Shown: piece by piece, positions 51,679 to 64,000 of the stretch | Layout of the letters: every line of letters begins with the position of its first letter | How positions within the stretch are numbered: the stretch's first letter is position 1 | Assembly: GCA_002633005.1 (NCBI GenBank) | Contig: NMRA01000323.1 | Coordinates: 206,817-270,816 of the forward strand | DNA length: 64,000 nucleotides | Direction of reading: 5' to 3' | DNA from: Phoronis australis | Taxonomy: Eukaryota; Animalia; Phoronida | Made by a program: the position numbers and the translations under genes | Notes under the pieces: model-generated | What the model was told of the DNA's origin: nothing | Databases searched by the model: none | What the model saw: only the letters and a program-made list of their open reading frames with translations

Positions 51679-54600
51679 TTTTATTTATAGTGGATAAAAC
51701 ACGTCATGTATCAATAGAACTCGTCTACCACATAGTCCTCTGACTATGTTAGTTTTCAGCCTTATTTTTTTAGGTAGATGAAGACTCCGAAAATACCTTA
51801 TCTCTGTCATTGCTCGGTCAAATTAGTTAGAAACACAACATATAGCGACGATGTGAATATGAAGGAGGTTGCCAAATGTTTTTAAGAACGAGTTTTGTGG
51901 CGAAAATGATCCGCCGCGAATCACTGAACCGTGTCCAGTATGTATCGTGACGTGGTATTCGGGGAATAACACTGCATGATGCGGGCTACATGAGTCCGCG
52001 AGGTACGTCATTAGTGCAAAGGTAACATATTTGCAGAATTTTTTGTTTTTAAAATTTCACATTTACAAGTTGTCAATGAATACAACTGTACTTCGTTTAG
52101 CGTAGGTTACGTTAAAGTGGCATGGTCGTTCAGTTCCTGCTATACATTAGCATAGTTAGGAGCACGCAAATGCACCTTTTGAAAGAGGTTACAAACCCGT
52201 CTTATTGGATACGGTGATTTGATTTGGAACCTCTATCGAATCGACGTTTTTCTTATTCACCTCAAAAGTGGGTTTTGGGCTTGAAGCTGAGATGCGAACT
52301 GAGAACTCGTTGCTGCTTGAGACCATGAAGCACATAGACGTCGTCTGGTATCGACCAATTACAAGCTGACACGTCTTTCCAAGCACGGGATTGTCCACGT
52401 CTAACTTGAGCTAGGAACAAAGTGAGATCAATTTCATGACATTAGGTGACCTAAATCAAAAGTAAGTTGGTTGACGGGAGATGGCGTTATCGCAGCCAGA
52501 CTGGTGAAAATGTTTCTCGGAAAAATAGATTCTCAGTCAAGTCAGTTGAGGATTTTCCTTCAAGTTATGGATGGGCAATTTCTGAGACTGTGAATTTGAT
52601 TTTCAAATATTATCTTCACGAGAGCGCCTTGAATGATCACTTAATTCGATTAAGACTGAACGACGTTTACTTTATATATTAATGGTTAAAATACGGTAAA
52701 TCAAGTATGTAGTTTTTCAACCCAGTGTATGATTCACGTTGGCATCGCAACAAATCGTAGGATACCTCTGTAGCAAGAATAAACTCCAATGACGTGTGTG
52801 TACTGTATTTATGTAGACATCTACGTATTCTTACGAAGGAACAACTAATGCTTGTTAGAAAGTACAAAAATACCTGAATGTACAACTCGGTACTGTCCAC
52901 GGACACTTTTTTGGGAGTCACGCACAAGGGATGGGTACTGAGGTGGAAGAATACGGTAGTTCTCATCGAACTTCATTTTCGTTAACATCAAGGAGGAAAC
53001 GTGCTCAGCGATGAACGCTGCTTTCCCTTGTGAGCACTCATGTTTACATCACATTTACCATCGTTTACGCTCATTAGTTAAAACCCCGTGGTTAAACAGT
53101 TATCACGTGATTCAAATCCAAGGACTGTTGTATCTGCTCTATTAGTGTTCGTTTATTTCGAAGTAGACGTCTTTGTACTGAGTTTTTGTATGCTCTGAAC
53201 TAAAAATGACCTCGTAACCAATATTTGACTGTTAGTGCTCTGTGTTTGCAAGGTTTGTCATCTAACATTGTGGCGGCTGAAGGATGGTGAACAACGACGA
53301 GTATGCGATGATGATAATTATTAGATCGCACCATCAACTCAGCAAGCAGGTCTGATCTTGATCTGAAGCTGTGACGGGTACTTCTGAAATGAACGGCGCA
53401 GACAATGGTCTTGATGGACGAAGTTATATTATATAACAATCCTGCGTTTGAGTTTATTTCGAAACAAGTGGCTCAAAATACTGGCGGTTATTGCGTGACT
53501 ACTTTGGCGGAAGGTTTCACTTCTGCTTGGACTGTTCACAAATTTGTGGAAATGTTACAATTTTATGGCGGCTTGTTACGGGGATACAATTCTCGTGCCG
53601 TAAATTGCCCTAGTTGTTGCGATTAATGGAGGTCAAGTACCGTACCATGTAATCTGATAGTTGTCGGGTCACTTGCTAATCAGGATACATTGTTGGGCAT
53701 GATACCGACGGTTCTCGACATTCGTATCATAACAAACTACGACATGGTCGAACAAAAACAAGATTCATTTTTGCTATTTTTAAAAACCCACTCTCTTGCT
53801 TCGCATAGCATCTCACCACAGGGTGGCATTTGGCGGCAGCAGTAGAATGCGATCCAGACTAATAATAACCTTTTCTTTTGTTTGAATACGTTAACAAATT
53901 TTTGAAAATAAAAAGTATGCGAAAAAATACCGTACTGACATCTTGGGTCATACTAGAGGTTGTGCGCTGTAGCTCCAGTCTTTTCACCCGTTTCATTTGC
54001 CCTGTGTGATAGATATATCACTACAAGCATGATGTTAAAAGTACTTCACATTTCAAGTTGCACATCATTGTAAAACACAGATTTTATTCTATCCTAACGT
54101 TATTTTATCTAGAGGTGGCCCTACACATCGCCTTTTTAGCCAATCACAAGCTCAGAAATTGATAACGCGCACAAGGTCATATTCATTAACATACTGAACA
54201 ATGAAACTTCTGCACGTGCGTGAACTTTCCAGTTCTGTTGATGTCCATTACAAACATTAGGAGCATCTCGATAGCAATGGTGGCGTGACGCCGTCACTCA
54301 CCACGCTGCCTCTGCTGTACAACAGATCAACCAGTTTTCTGTTTTTGATCTGTACCAGTCTTACTATGCTCGAACTGTGTTTATATAGGATGCAAAAAGA
54401 CATGGGTTGTCAGAAAGGCTGCATTTCTCTCTTGCAACTCACCAATGTGCGAGGCCCACTAAATCTCAGTTTGCGTGTCTAGGCGTTATAGTGTTTTCAG
54501 AAAACAAGAGAAATGTTTGTGTTAGCACGGAATTTGTATCCCGCTATGCCATTGAGACTGCACATGAGTAAAATTAGTATTGTTTTTGTGGTCAGTAAGC

Positions 54601-57153
54601 TAGATGCCAGTATCATCTGTTTTGACACATGTTTTAGGATGAAAAATCCACCAATCGCTGGAACGCTCCAGTCACGTGAATCTGTCGCATAGTTGTGACC
54701 TCGATGGCGTTCCATAGATATTGTAATTGGAAACGCACCAGCAATAATCTTAACTGAAGAGATTTGTGTTCATATGGGTGAATGTCAAAGCGTTTTTTCT
54801 GTTTTATAATCAGTGCATGTTACAGCCCAAAGAAAGTTATAAATCAAAATATTACATCTGGGTTTGGAATCATAACATTAAACATTTATTGCCATAAGTT
54901 GACCGTAGTATGTGCTGTAATCATGCGATTCAAAATGGTATGTAAACTTAAAGACTTGTGGCAGTTTTTTCAAAGGTGGCTGGTGAAGGCAATTGTGCAG
55001 TTTGAATGTCAAATGACTTCTACAATCAGTTGCAACGTTTCACCCTTATTAAAGAAACACAGCGTTGCGTTTGCAACAACGTGTCTGTGACCGTCTTAGC
55101 TACGACAGGACTTTGGCCTTTGATAAAATGGGCCTCTGAAACGTAACAGTGTCTGATTTTAACGCGACATTTTTACTTTTTATGTTAATTTGCACCAATT
55201 AGCAAAGACAAGGTTGATAAGATATTCACAAGTTGTAGTTACGCCACTCATCATTGATGAAGTCACTAGCTTTTATCTTCTGCCTGCGCAGCTGCTTAAA
55301 GAGAATTGGAAGTGAAATGACAATGGAGTTTCCTTCCCAGGGTGCAACATTTGATCATTGAAATCGCTGTAAGGAACCGCTCGCTTTCAGTTTCAGTTTA
55401 AGGTGAAGGATAGAGATGTTGTGCTCGAACTGGACAGCCGGGGTGACCAAATCTGTTTGGTGTTATCAAATTCATGTCTTGTTTAAGTTCGAAGTCAGTC
55501 CAAGGTGTAGATGACGTAATCTTGAAACGGGAATTATCCGTTTGTAAAATATTGGTTTTATAACTAAAACAGGATATTCAACATTCGTATGATGGACGGT
55601 GGTGCGCCAATATTGCCAGTCACTCACACTATACTCATGAACAATACCTTAAGATTGTGGACACTGGCTACATTTCGATTGAAATCACAGTTGCATGTAG
55701 GCGGCAACGTTGATTTCTTGTATTTCGATATTTTTCGTTGAATTCAGTTATCGAAATTCGGTATCACTCAACCATTGAAAAATGGGCCATTTTCTGAGTC
55801 ACGACTGTTAACTTCCCTGCAGCTGATCTTTAATCATTTGAACGTGCCCACAGTAAAAAAGAGGTTCCGAGAAACTGCTTATTTGACCAGACTGGATTCG
55901 ACACTGCGGTGCTGCAACCATAAGCCACTGTCAACAGAGTTTGGTTTTGGAAAGTGATTAGCATGCCAATGCAGTGGCGATGAAAGCGGCTAGTCGGACT
56001 GCCGTCTGCTCCATGAAACGACCAATTAGTTGGCACGTGTGGTAAATCCATAAACCGTCAGGCTGAACATTCCGGTACATCCCGACAGTTTACGTGACAG
56101 ACAAAGGTCGCCAAAAGCTAACATTATTTGTAAGTAGTGTTACTCTTCCCTCGATGTGTTGATGGTCGTTAGGCCATAGCTGAAAGGAAGAAAATACCCA
56201 GCACGCTCATTTCCGGGCTAGACGTCAGTTCTTTAAATACAGCTTGGATCTATCCAGAGTTATTCTTTCTGTGTCTACACTGTTCCCAATGATGCAATTA
56301 TAATACCAAGAGATTTTCCTTTGTTCAAATGTATCATTGCAAACAAGACCATGAGAAAATGAAAATAACCGAAAATTTCCAACAAAATGGTGTTAAACAT
56401 TTACGCTACACGTGCTTGATTGTGGTAAATTAAGTCAATCTCTTTATCGCGTATTTCAAGTATCTGTCATACGCTACGATAATGGGGAGCCTTTGTCCTG
56501 GAGGTAAGGAAAGCCCATTGTTCCACTAGCGTCGTTTTAGAAATATCGGACCGATTCTAGGAAATACGCATCTATGGATATTTGTCAGGTTTATCCAACT
56601 TCCTGCCGTCTGCTTTGCGGTCCACAGCACTGCAGTATAAGTGAAATTGAGACCTCGAATACAGTTAATACAAAAATGAAAAAAGCAAGAAACTCCAATG
56701 GCGCGAGAACTAGGCCAGAAAACTGTGTGACGGGTGTTGCTGCATTCTGGGTAAATTGCGCAAGATTCAAGTCTTGCTGTGTAATCCGGTACCGTTCTAT
56801 TGTCTGAAAGCTAAATATATGTATATTATTTGTTGCTTGCCTCTTTAGCTGTTCTTCTTGAGACAAAAATATGGCGATGTCACAAAGAACATGGCCTCAG
56901 ATCTTAAGAAGATAATGTTCGCAATCTCTTTCTTACTTTCTTATGGGCGTTTATATTTTGTGCTGTCAAAAGTTGTACACTTCAATGTACCCGAGTATAA
57001 CTGGCTGTGAGTGACGTGATACATGTAGATAAAGAAGCGTCTTCGCAGTTGCATGCAAGCTCCTGTCGGGATGGGTTAAACATTATTGCAAACTGCTTAT
57101 GGCGTGTCCCGTGGTTTTGTAACCAGGTGTGCACCCCCATTGATGTCGGAACG

Positions 57154-57238
57154 CAGTGGGGGATTTAACGGGGGGGGGCAAGGGGGCCATGGCCCTCCTA
57201 AAATTCTCCCACTGACTAATATCCTGGATCCGCCCTTG
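57154..57238. mobile_element. Short CAGTGG...GGATCCGCCC(C/T)TG MITE
   Basis: Reverse-orientation relative of 60067-60218. Confidence 0.65.
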
Positions 57239-58442
57239 AGACGTTACCGTGATTCCCTATAATAACAGTTATATGTGTGTTATGCCGGTTTGCTCTCAAC
57301 CTTAGTTAACAAATCGCGAGAAATGAACGCCAGCTTTTTGTATGGCTTAAAAATAACATTTCGGTGTATTTCACAGCAGACAGACATGACATGTCATACC
57401 TTATTCCAACCACGAAACTATCGTGCTTCCCTACAGTAGCCCGAAAACTGTGCTACCTGCGGTCACGATACTTGATTCCAGACTTTTTATCGAGAAAAAC
57501 GGTGGTTGATTTTGTGTCGATCTCCTTTTTTGGTTCATTGCAAGCGTCCACTACAGTATACCATAAAATAACGTAATCCTTCACACATTGGTGAAGAATT
57601 CCAACACGTGCAACGAATTAGGGTCGCAAATCGTTTCGATTTGGAAAACGTAACATTACACCAATGAGGTAACTGGGTGGTTCTGAAGATTTTTTGAGTA
57701 CAATAACCCTATCAAGTAGCCCTCTGCGTGAGGTATCGTTTTCTTTCCGCGAGGTGTCGTCTGTTATTGATTACGTTAAACAACGTATTGGGTTAATTTT
57801 GTAAACTTGCGGTTGGCCTGATAGCCCGGATCAAATAAACCAACATGTCGGCGGTAATGGTGTAATGTTAAAAGAAAATAAGCAAATCTTTCCCCAAAAC
57901 AGACGCAGCAGGAGTTTTCCCCAGCCGGAAGCTGTTTTGTCATTTTTCTATAATTTGCAGTCAGAAGTAACTACTTGTTTCGTTATTTTTCCATAATGGC
58001 TCATGACCGAGTGATATATTTTGCACAGGCACAGTTTCAACAAATGCATTTTGGTTTGCTGCCTTCGCTAATTAAGATAATTAGATGTTGTACCGTTTTC
58101 GGAATGAATAAAATTGGCCCCACCATTTTAAAGTACTGCGTTCGCTGTGTTGTCGAAATTTTCTACTTGGTGCTATCAGACAACATGACAAGTGTGTGTA
58201 CAAATATATTATTGATTTATTTAAATGAGAAGACCGTCCATCCGGAATCGAAAACTTCAAGCTTCAAACGCGAATGAGTCGTGATAGCGGCTGCGAATCT
58301 CTCCATTGAAGCAATCTGTGAACATCAGTCCGTCCTCACTCTTATCGTGTGTAATTGTGAACGCTAATCCGCCGTGCCAGAACAAGGAGTTCCACTCTAA
58401 AACATAAGAACAATGGGTTTTCAAAAATTTCCCCGTTTAGAA

Positions 58443-58598
58443 CAGTGCTGTAGTGGTAAAATTAGAGGTAAGTAGGCGCCCAAGGCCCACCGTATCACCT
58501 TCAGCACTGAACGTAACTTACGGTGCGTAGGCGCTACGTTCAAATGTCACAAGGTGGTTGACTGCGCCTACGTGCACCTACGCCCCACTACAGCACTG
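58443..58598. mobile_element. hAT-type MITE, 156 bp
   Basis: Perfect 14-bp TIRs CAGTGCTGTAGTGG / CCACTACAGCACTG and a perfect 8-bp TSD GTTTAGAA. Confidence 0.92.
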
Positions 58599-59046
58599 GT
58601 TTAGAACGTTAAAATGCTAAAACTTTCAAGCCCCTATTTCACATGATGTTTGTTATAAGTCTACCCAGATGTGAATTTCTATGGCCCCTTGATGTAATTT
58701 GTAACGTAGTCGGTTGTAGCGTGCTGGGTCCATCAACGGTAAAGTACATCACTGCAGTCATTCGCTTTGAAGTATTCCTGAAAATACATTTGAATCGAAT
58801 TAAAGTGATTCTGGGAATTTTAAACGCAGAGGATTTTTTGTTTGCCATTATCGCTTTCAATCGCGACGTGACAATTTAATTATCGCTTCTTAGTCACTAA
58901 TGCAAGACAGTCGCTGTTTGTAACTGAAACGTATTGGGAATAATATCTTTGAAACTCATAGCACTTGCAGAACCAAGTTTTGCGATTATCCCCACACGTG
59001 CCTATATACTTGTATTTTCTGAAACAGGAAGAATGGCAATTGTAAC

Positions 59047-59193
59047 CATGGGCGGCGCAGCACTGAAAAAAGTGGGGGCTATAGCCCCCCTCCCCAGCCC
59101 CCCTTTGGTGCACCGCCCATAAACCATGGGCGGCGCTGCACTGAAAAATTGTGGGGCTATAGGCCCCGAGCCCCCAATGGTGCGCCGCCCATA
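59047..59193 (+). mobile_element. Dimeric ~145-bp MITE
   Basis: Two tandem CATGGGCGGCGC...GCCGCCCATA units; flanks GTAAC/GTTAC. Confidence 0.8.
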
Positions 59194-60066
59194 GTTACTT
59201 ATCAAAGCATATACATATTAGGGGTTGGGTACTCTTGAACCTCTAAGAATTAACATCTGTCACATTTTAGGTGTAACGATGGAGTTTATTTTATACAAGT
59301 TTTACTACAAGATACATGTATTTAGATGGTGCTAATCTAACGAATTGAATATTTTTATGTGAAGAATTTAATTTTTGCATAAATGAAACATTATAATTAA
59401 AAGATTCCTACTCCACGTAGCCCTCATGTGTGTCTAAAATAGAGAACTACCGTTGGGTACTATCGTAACGAATTCATACGGTATGACTTGACGAAAACAG
59501 GAAAGTAAATCAATTTATTGTCACTATGACCTATCTTAGATTGTAAAATGGTGTTTGTATTAAAAAAAAGGATTCAATTGGAAAGCGGATTTAGCTATGT
59601 TCCTATTTTGTAAGCGAATGCTCTCCACAACCTATCGTAGGCAACAAAATGGTCCTTGCATTGACATAACGACACAAAAGATGGATTTAACTGTTTTCTT
59701 ATTTTGCAAGCGAAAGCCAATATTTTCAGTTTCCAAGCCAGTAGACAATTAAATTACAAAAAAAACTAAAAAATGTAGATCCACTGTTAGCAAACTCCTT
59801 CATACTTTTCAGGACTACTTCAAACTCTCCTCCGTGGTCGAATTTATTCGACTGAAGGCATCAACTATCAGAAAAAATTGCGATCTTATGAAAAATCTTG
59901 ATATACCAAAAATAAAATGGCGCTGACGTGTTCATAACTAATTCAGCTACATGTGCCGATTGAACTTCACGTTTAAGTAATCTAAGTGTGAATGAACCTT
60001 CTTTTCCTCACGAAATACCATTTTTGCTTTACGTTTTAGCTTATTTCGTGTCTGAGCGCGGCACCT

Positions 60067-60218
60067 CAGGGGCGGATCCAGGATTTTGAGTTTGGGGGGA
60101 GGGCAGAGCATTATTCAGGAATTTGCCCATCAGACATTCGCAGCCCCGAACTGCCAAATGGAATGTGGGAAACTTTTAGGGGGGCATGGCTCCTTGGCCC
60201 CCCTTAAATCCACCACTG
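60067..60218. mobile_element. CAGGGGCGGATCCAG-family MITE, 152 bp
   Basis: Termini CAGGGGCGGATCCAG / TTAAATCCACCACTG; perfect 5-bp TSD CACCT. Confidence 0.85.
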
Positions 60219-60391
60219 CACCTCACCTAGGTCTTTGGTTGTGAAGGATGTACCCCTGTCTTTAAATCGACCGATCAGAATTGATATTACATTAGTTTTA
60301 GTTCAGTGTAGCCCCTGGTTTAATATGGCCCTTTTCCCTAACGGAAATTTACCTGCTGTAGTTATTACACGACATATCGCGTTCATTTCAG

Positions 60392-60478
60392 GCAGATTCG
60401 AGAGTTTGCCGCAAAATTTTGAAGTGATGGAGGGAGAGAACGTTGTGTTGCCGTGTAAATACAACATGAACCAGAACG
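60392..60478 (+). CDS. Ig-superfamily protein exon 2 (N-terminal part of V-set domain: GRFESLPQNFEVMEGENVVLPCKYNMNQN)
   Basis: TTTCAG acceptor; 'V.EGE.V.LPC' A'/B-strand motif; phase-1 donor G|GTAAGT. Confidence 0.88.
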
Positions 60479-61800
60479 GTAAGTGCATCATACGTGCAAT
60501 CAGTGTAGGTCCGCCTCTACGCCAGTGAATACGTCGACATCGGCACAGGAAGAGACGATAGATCATGGTTGACTTCTGCTGAGTATTGCAGTTTCTCATT
60601 TTGTGCATTGTTTTGGAGTTCTATAAGTGCCGGATGTACAGGGGGGCCAAAGGTGCTATTGACACGGGTCCAACTACATTGGTCGGGTCCCTTCGGTAGG
60701 GATATATACATGTAAGCTCCAATACGAACAATTTCATAATTGATGCTCTTTTAAGGGTGACCCCCTAAAAGAGCATGATGCATTACTTCGCAAGAGTAAC
60801 ATTTGACCCCTAAAGATAAAAGAGGCATTTAAAAAAACTGGGAATAGGCAAAAATTTATGCCATAATAGGTGAAATTTCGAGAAAAGATCCACTTAATAC
60901 GGAAGGGTGTAGCGGACTGAAAAGGCATTGTTGGTTCTGATCTATTTTTTTGAAATCTAAGCGGTGACGCGGTATTATGATGTAGTTGCTTACCTTTTAA
61001 AAACGAAAATTCACCCGAGACGAGCAAAATGAGCGCGGGATTTGTTTTTTGCCCATCACTTGGCAAGTCACAGCGTTTCAAATCTTGTTTACCCTTGCTC
61101 ACGTGCTTCTGTACAGCTTTTCAAAAAAGAAGAAAAACGAGACATCTGCTGATGCGGACCGACGTTTTGGTTTCTTAGTCGGCGAGCGCAGATCACAAAA
61201 TGAGTCGGTACTAAAACCAGAAACAACTTTGTTGTTTTGGTCTAAGCACCTAGCAAATCACATTCTTCGCAGTACTCAGGCGTTACTTTTAAGGTTCGAT
61301 CTTTACGGAGAAAGCATTCTCTTAAACTTGTATTTTGAATTTTAAACGGTGAATGAATTTTAGTTCGGAAGTCTATGCGTAAAAGCTTTACTTGGACCTG
61401 TACGTTGTAAAATATCAGGTGTTTTCAAGTGCGTGCTGACGATAAGCGTTACACAAATTTTAAAAAACTTTACCCCTCCCTCGAACAAATGTTCCCAAAA
61501 TGTGTATCCGTTCTGTGCATCACCAAACGTGTCTTAAGGCCACGCACGTGTCTGTCAAGCTGCACGTATATCCTAGTTTAAGCTCATGCGCCTACATGTG
61601 AAAAACTTGAGAATAATAGGACCTTTTTAAAATTTAGTTGGGCAAAGTCTTTTGAGCGAAGCTTGGCTTATCCGTTACAAAATGGTTATGTTTTGTCACG
61701 TTTTCGGTATTTTTCACCATAATAGTTAAAACTATTATGGTGAAAAAGGTGTGTAGGCAAAAGGAACAACACATATCTTATTAGGTTTTTTAAATTACAG

Positions 61801-62031
61801 ACAGTCTGGACGTAAAGTGGCTCTTCGATGGCCCCTTTTTGACCAGTCCTATTGCGGTGTCCAGTAAAACCCTGGTCAGCCGGCCTGGTACCTACATCCG
61901 GGGAGACCACAGTCGCGGGGAGTACAACCTTCACCTTGATCACGTGACTGAACGAGATGACGGGTCGTATCGCTGTCAAGTACATATTGGTCACAGGCCG
62001 CCGGACCTGACGCACCGTCTTTCTGTGAAAG
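61801..62031 (+). CDS. Ig-superfamily protein exon 3 (rest of V-set domain)
   Basis: TTACAG acceptor; DVKW (C-strand Trp), GEYNLHLDHVTERDDGSYRCQV (D-x-G-x-Y-x-C) and HRLSVK; phase-1 donor G|GTCAGT. Confidence 0.93.
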
Positions 62032-62611
62032 GTCAGTTTTCACAGCACTGATAATTTAAAGACTGGTTTTCAAATGGTACATTTTTGAAAATAATATCAC
62101 CAGCGCGAATAAATTGCATAGTTTGTTGAATTTTCTTAATTTGGACAAGCATAACACCTTGCATGTAAAACTTACGGAAACGACTACATGAAATTAACGT
62201 CTTTTTGACCAGTTGTCATTTTGGAAAGGTAAACAAAATTACGTGTACATGTATGTACCAGTTTGCTCTTGTTACTTATAGTCGCCAATCTTTCACACTT
62301 TTCGATACGGTCTGCAACGTGTTGTGTTTAGGTGCAGGCCTACCATATGCAAACGGCACTTTTTGCAAAAAAAAATCTGTCTTGCCTGCCGTTATAGGTA
62401 TTGAAATGGAGTTTTGGACGAGTAATCACACAGTTTCCGAGAATATAAAGCCATCTGGATTTCCCTATCTTTTCCCTTACTTTATAGTTTTTTACGCTTC
62501 TTCCTCACCATTTTAAAGTTTTGAAGTCTATTAATAAACTAATTGAATTCGATTTTGAGAGAACCTTCGGTGAAGCATGATTGTCTACGAGTTGTGTAAA
62601 ATTGCTTATAG

Positions 62612-62733
62612 TTCCTGTGCACGGCGTTACCACGTCTAGAAAAGGGATTATCCGTGTTCTACGTCACTCAACAGTCAGTTTACGCTGCTCTGCAATTGGC
62701 AAACCGAATCCAGTTATCACGTGGGACAGAAAG
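62612..62733 (+). CDS. Ig-superfamily protein exon 4 (start of a second, I-set domain; lachesin/IgLON/KIRREL-like); gene continues beyond the window
   Basis: TTATAG acceptor; VPVHGVTTSRKGIIRVLRHSTVSLRCSAIGKPNPVITWDRK with the C-x-A-x-G-x-P-x-P-x-I-x-W motif; phase-0 donor AAG|GTAAGA. Not present in the ORF track. Confidence 0.9.
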
Positions 62734-63752
62734 GTAAGAATTGGTATGAAATGAAGAAAAAAATGGTAACAAAGTCACGCCTAGGGTTTTATAGTCCTTT
62801 GGTTTATTGCCGAAACATTTGTTTATTCATCTTTATTTTTACGTTGCAATTGCGTTTGAACCCCTTGTTGACCATAAAAATTAATAGCTATCACGTGTCC
62901 GGGGTGACAGCATTCTGGATATAAGAATATTGCTAACATTTTGTCCCGTCAGCTCGCCATAGTTTTGGTCACATCACGTGACCTAATGAATATAAGTCCG
63001 AAAAGGTTTCTGCGAAAGTTTGGATTTCAGTAAATCGATCGGATGGTATGCTTGCACACTGGGTTGCTATTGCTGTTTACAACCGAGATTGGCATTCGCG
63101 AGAAAGCTTGCAAATTGTCTTGAAACGTTCTGGGTTACATGCACACGTATAGTACCTCTGACTTGTGTTGCAGCTACTCGCGAATATTTTGAATAAGCTA
63201 AAAAAATTCGTAAGTGCCGTGGACCTTTCTCAATTAACGTTCCACGAATCGAAAGTCGCGTCTCCGATGAGTTTGGAAATCGTGAAACTTAAAATTGGCG
63301 GCTAGTAAACAAAAACGAGCAGCGGTCGCGGTATCTGCCAAAAGTTTGCAGCTTTGTCTTGAACGAAGGGCGACCTTTGCATTTCAAGAGAAAGTTGCCG
63401 CCAGTTTACATGCATTCTCGCAATTTCCAGTCTCCAGCTAATCGCTACAAGCTGTGGCATCCCAGTGAGATCACATATCCCTAGGTAACTTACCTGTATA
63501 CATATATATTGAAGACTTGTTTTGTCAAAGCTGCATTTCGCGCTGTTTCACTGGCTAAAATCTGACTAGTCCTTAATATACTCATCAAATCGATTACGTC
63601 ACTGCGATAGGATTCCATTTCTGTTTCCATCAAGAACATTGAAACCATCACATTTTATTGAGGTTCATCGTAAATTCGAAAATGGCGCATGTACCCGTAT
63701 TTATTGCCTAAGGCTTGAGTTGATAAAGGAAGTAAAATCATAGATCACGATA

Positions 63753-63898
63753 CATGGGCGGCGCACCATAAGAGGGGTGAGGGGGGCTATAGCCCCCACT
63801 TTTTCAGTGCTACGCTGCACGTGGTCTATAAGCGATGCACCACAGGGGGGCTGAGGGGGATTTAGCCCTCCACTTTTTTCAGTGCTGAGCCGCCCATG
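63753..63898 (-). mobile_element. Dimeric ~145-bp MITE, reverse orientation
   Basis: CATGGGCGGC...GCCGCCCATG termini with a degenerate internal junction; perfect 5-bp TSD CGATA. Confidence 0.85.
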
Positions 63899-64000
63899 CG
63901 ATAAGGAACGTTATGAAATCAATTGTGAGAGCGAAAGGTCTAACTCGACTTATGTGTTTTAGATGAGCTTAACGATGAAATGTAACTTTAAACAGGACAT

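Noticed and set aside
1-64000. A novel multi-gene system (operon, defence island, viral insertion)
   Set aside because: No clustered long ORFs, transposase/integrase or viral hallmark genes are visible. The content is explained by two spliced genes, one tRNA, repeats and assembly artefacts.

Overview
Eukaryotic (about 39% GC by eye, intron-rich) genomic DNA from a draft assembly, most likely a marine invertebrate; it is not prokaryotic. I can reconstruct two spliced protein-coding genes on the + strand. The first is a compact TMEM263/UPF0444 orthologue (3 coding exons, 16255-26119, about 118 aa). The second is the 5' part of an Ig-superfamily cell-surface protein resembling lachesin/IgLON/KIRREL: a signal-peptide exon at 38423, a 21.9-kb first intron, then V-set and I-set exons at 60392-62733, continuing beyond the window. 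An intact tRNA-Leu(AAG) gene lies between them on the minus strand. The rest is dominated by non-autonomous DNA transposons: CA..TG-ended MITEs with 5-bp TSDs (including a fixed-dimer family), Kolobok-type with TTAA TSDs, Harbinger-type with CTG TSDs, a hAT with an 8-bp TSD, and Helentron/HINE-like pieces. There is also a 5'-truncated CR1-type LINE and several minisatellites. A ~5.1-kb diverged duplication (1-5121 vs 9878-14933) ends at a perfect hairpin. Three 0.6-1.1-kb tandem 'duplications' joined by a single N are probably uncollapsed haplotypes. Most of the supplied ORFs are spurious. I see no convincing novel multi-gene system; the best leads are transposon-structural plus possible decayed nested genes.
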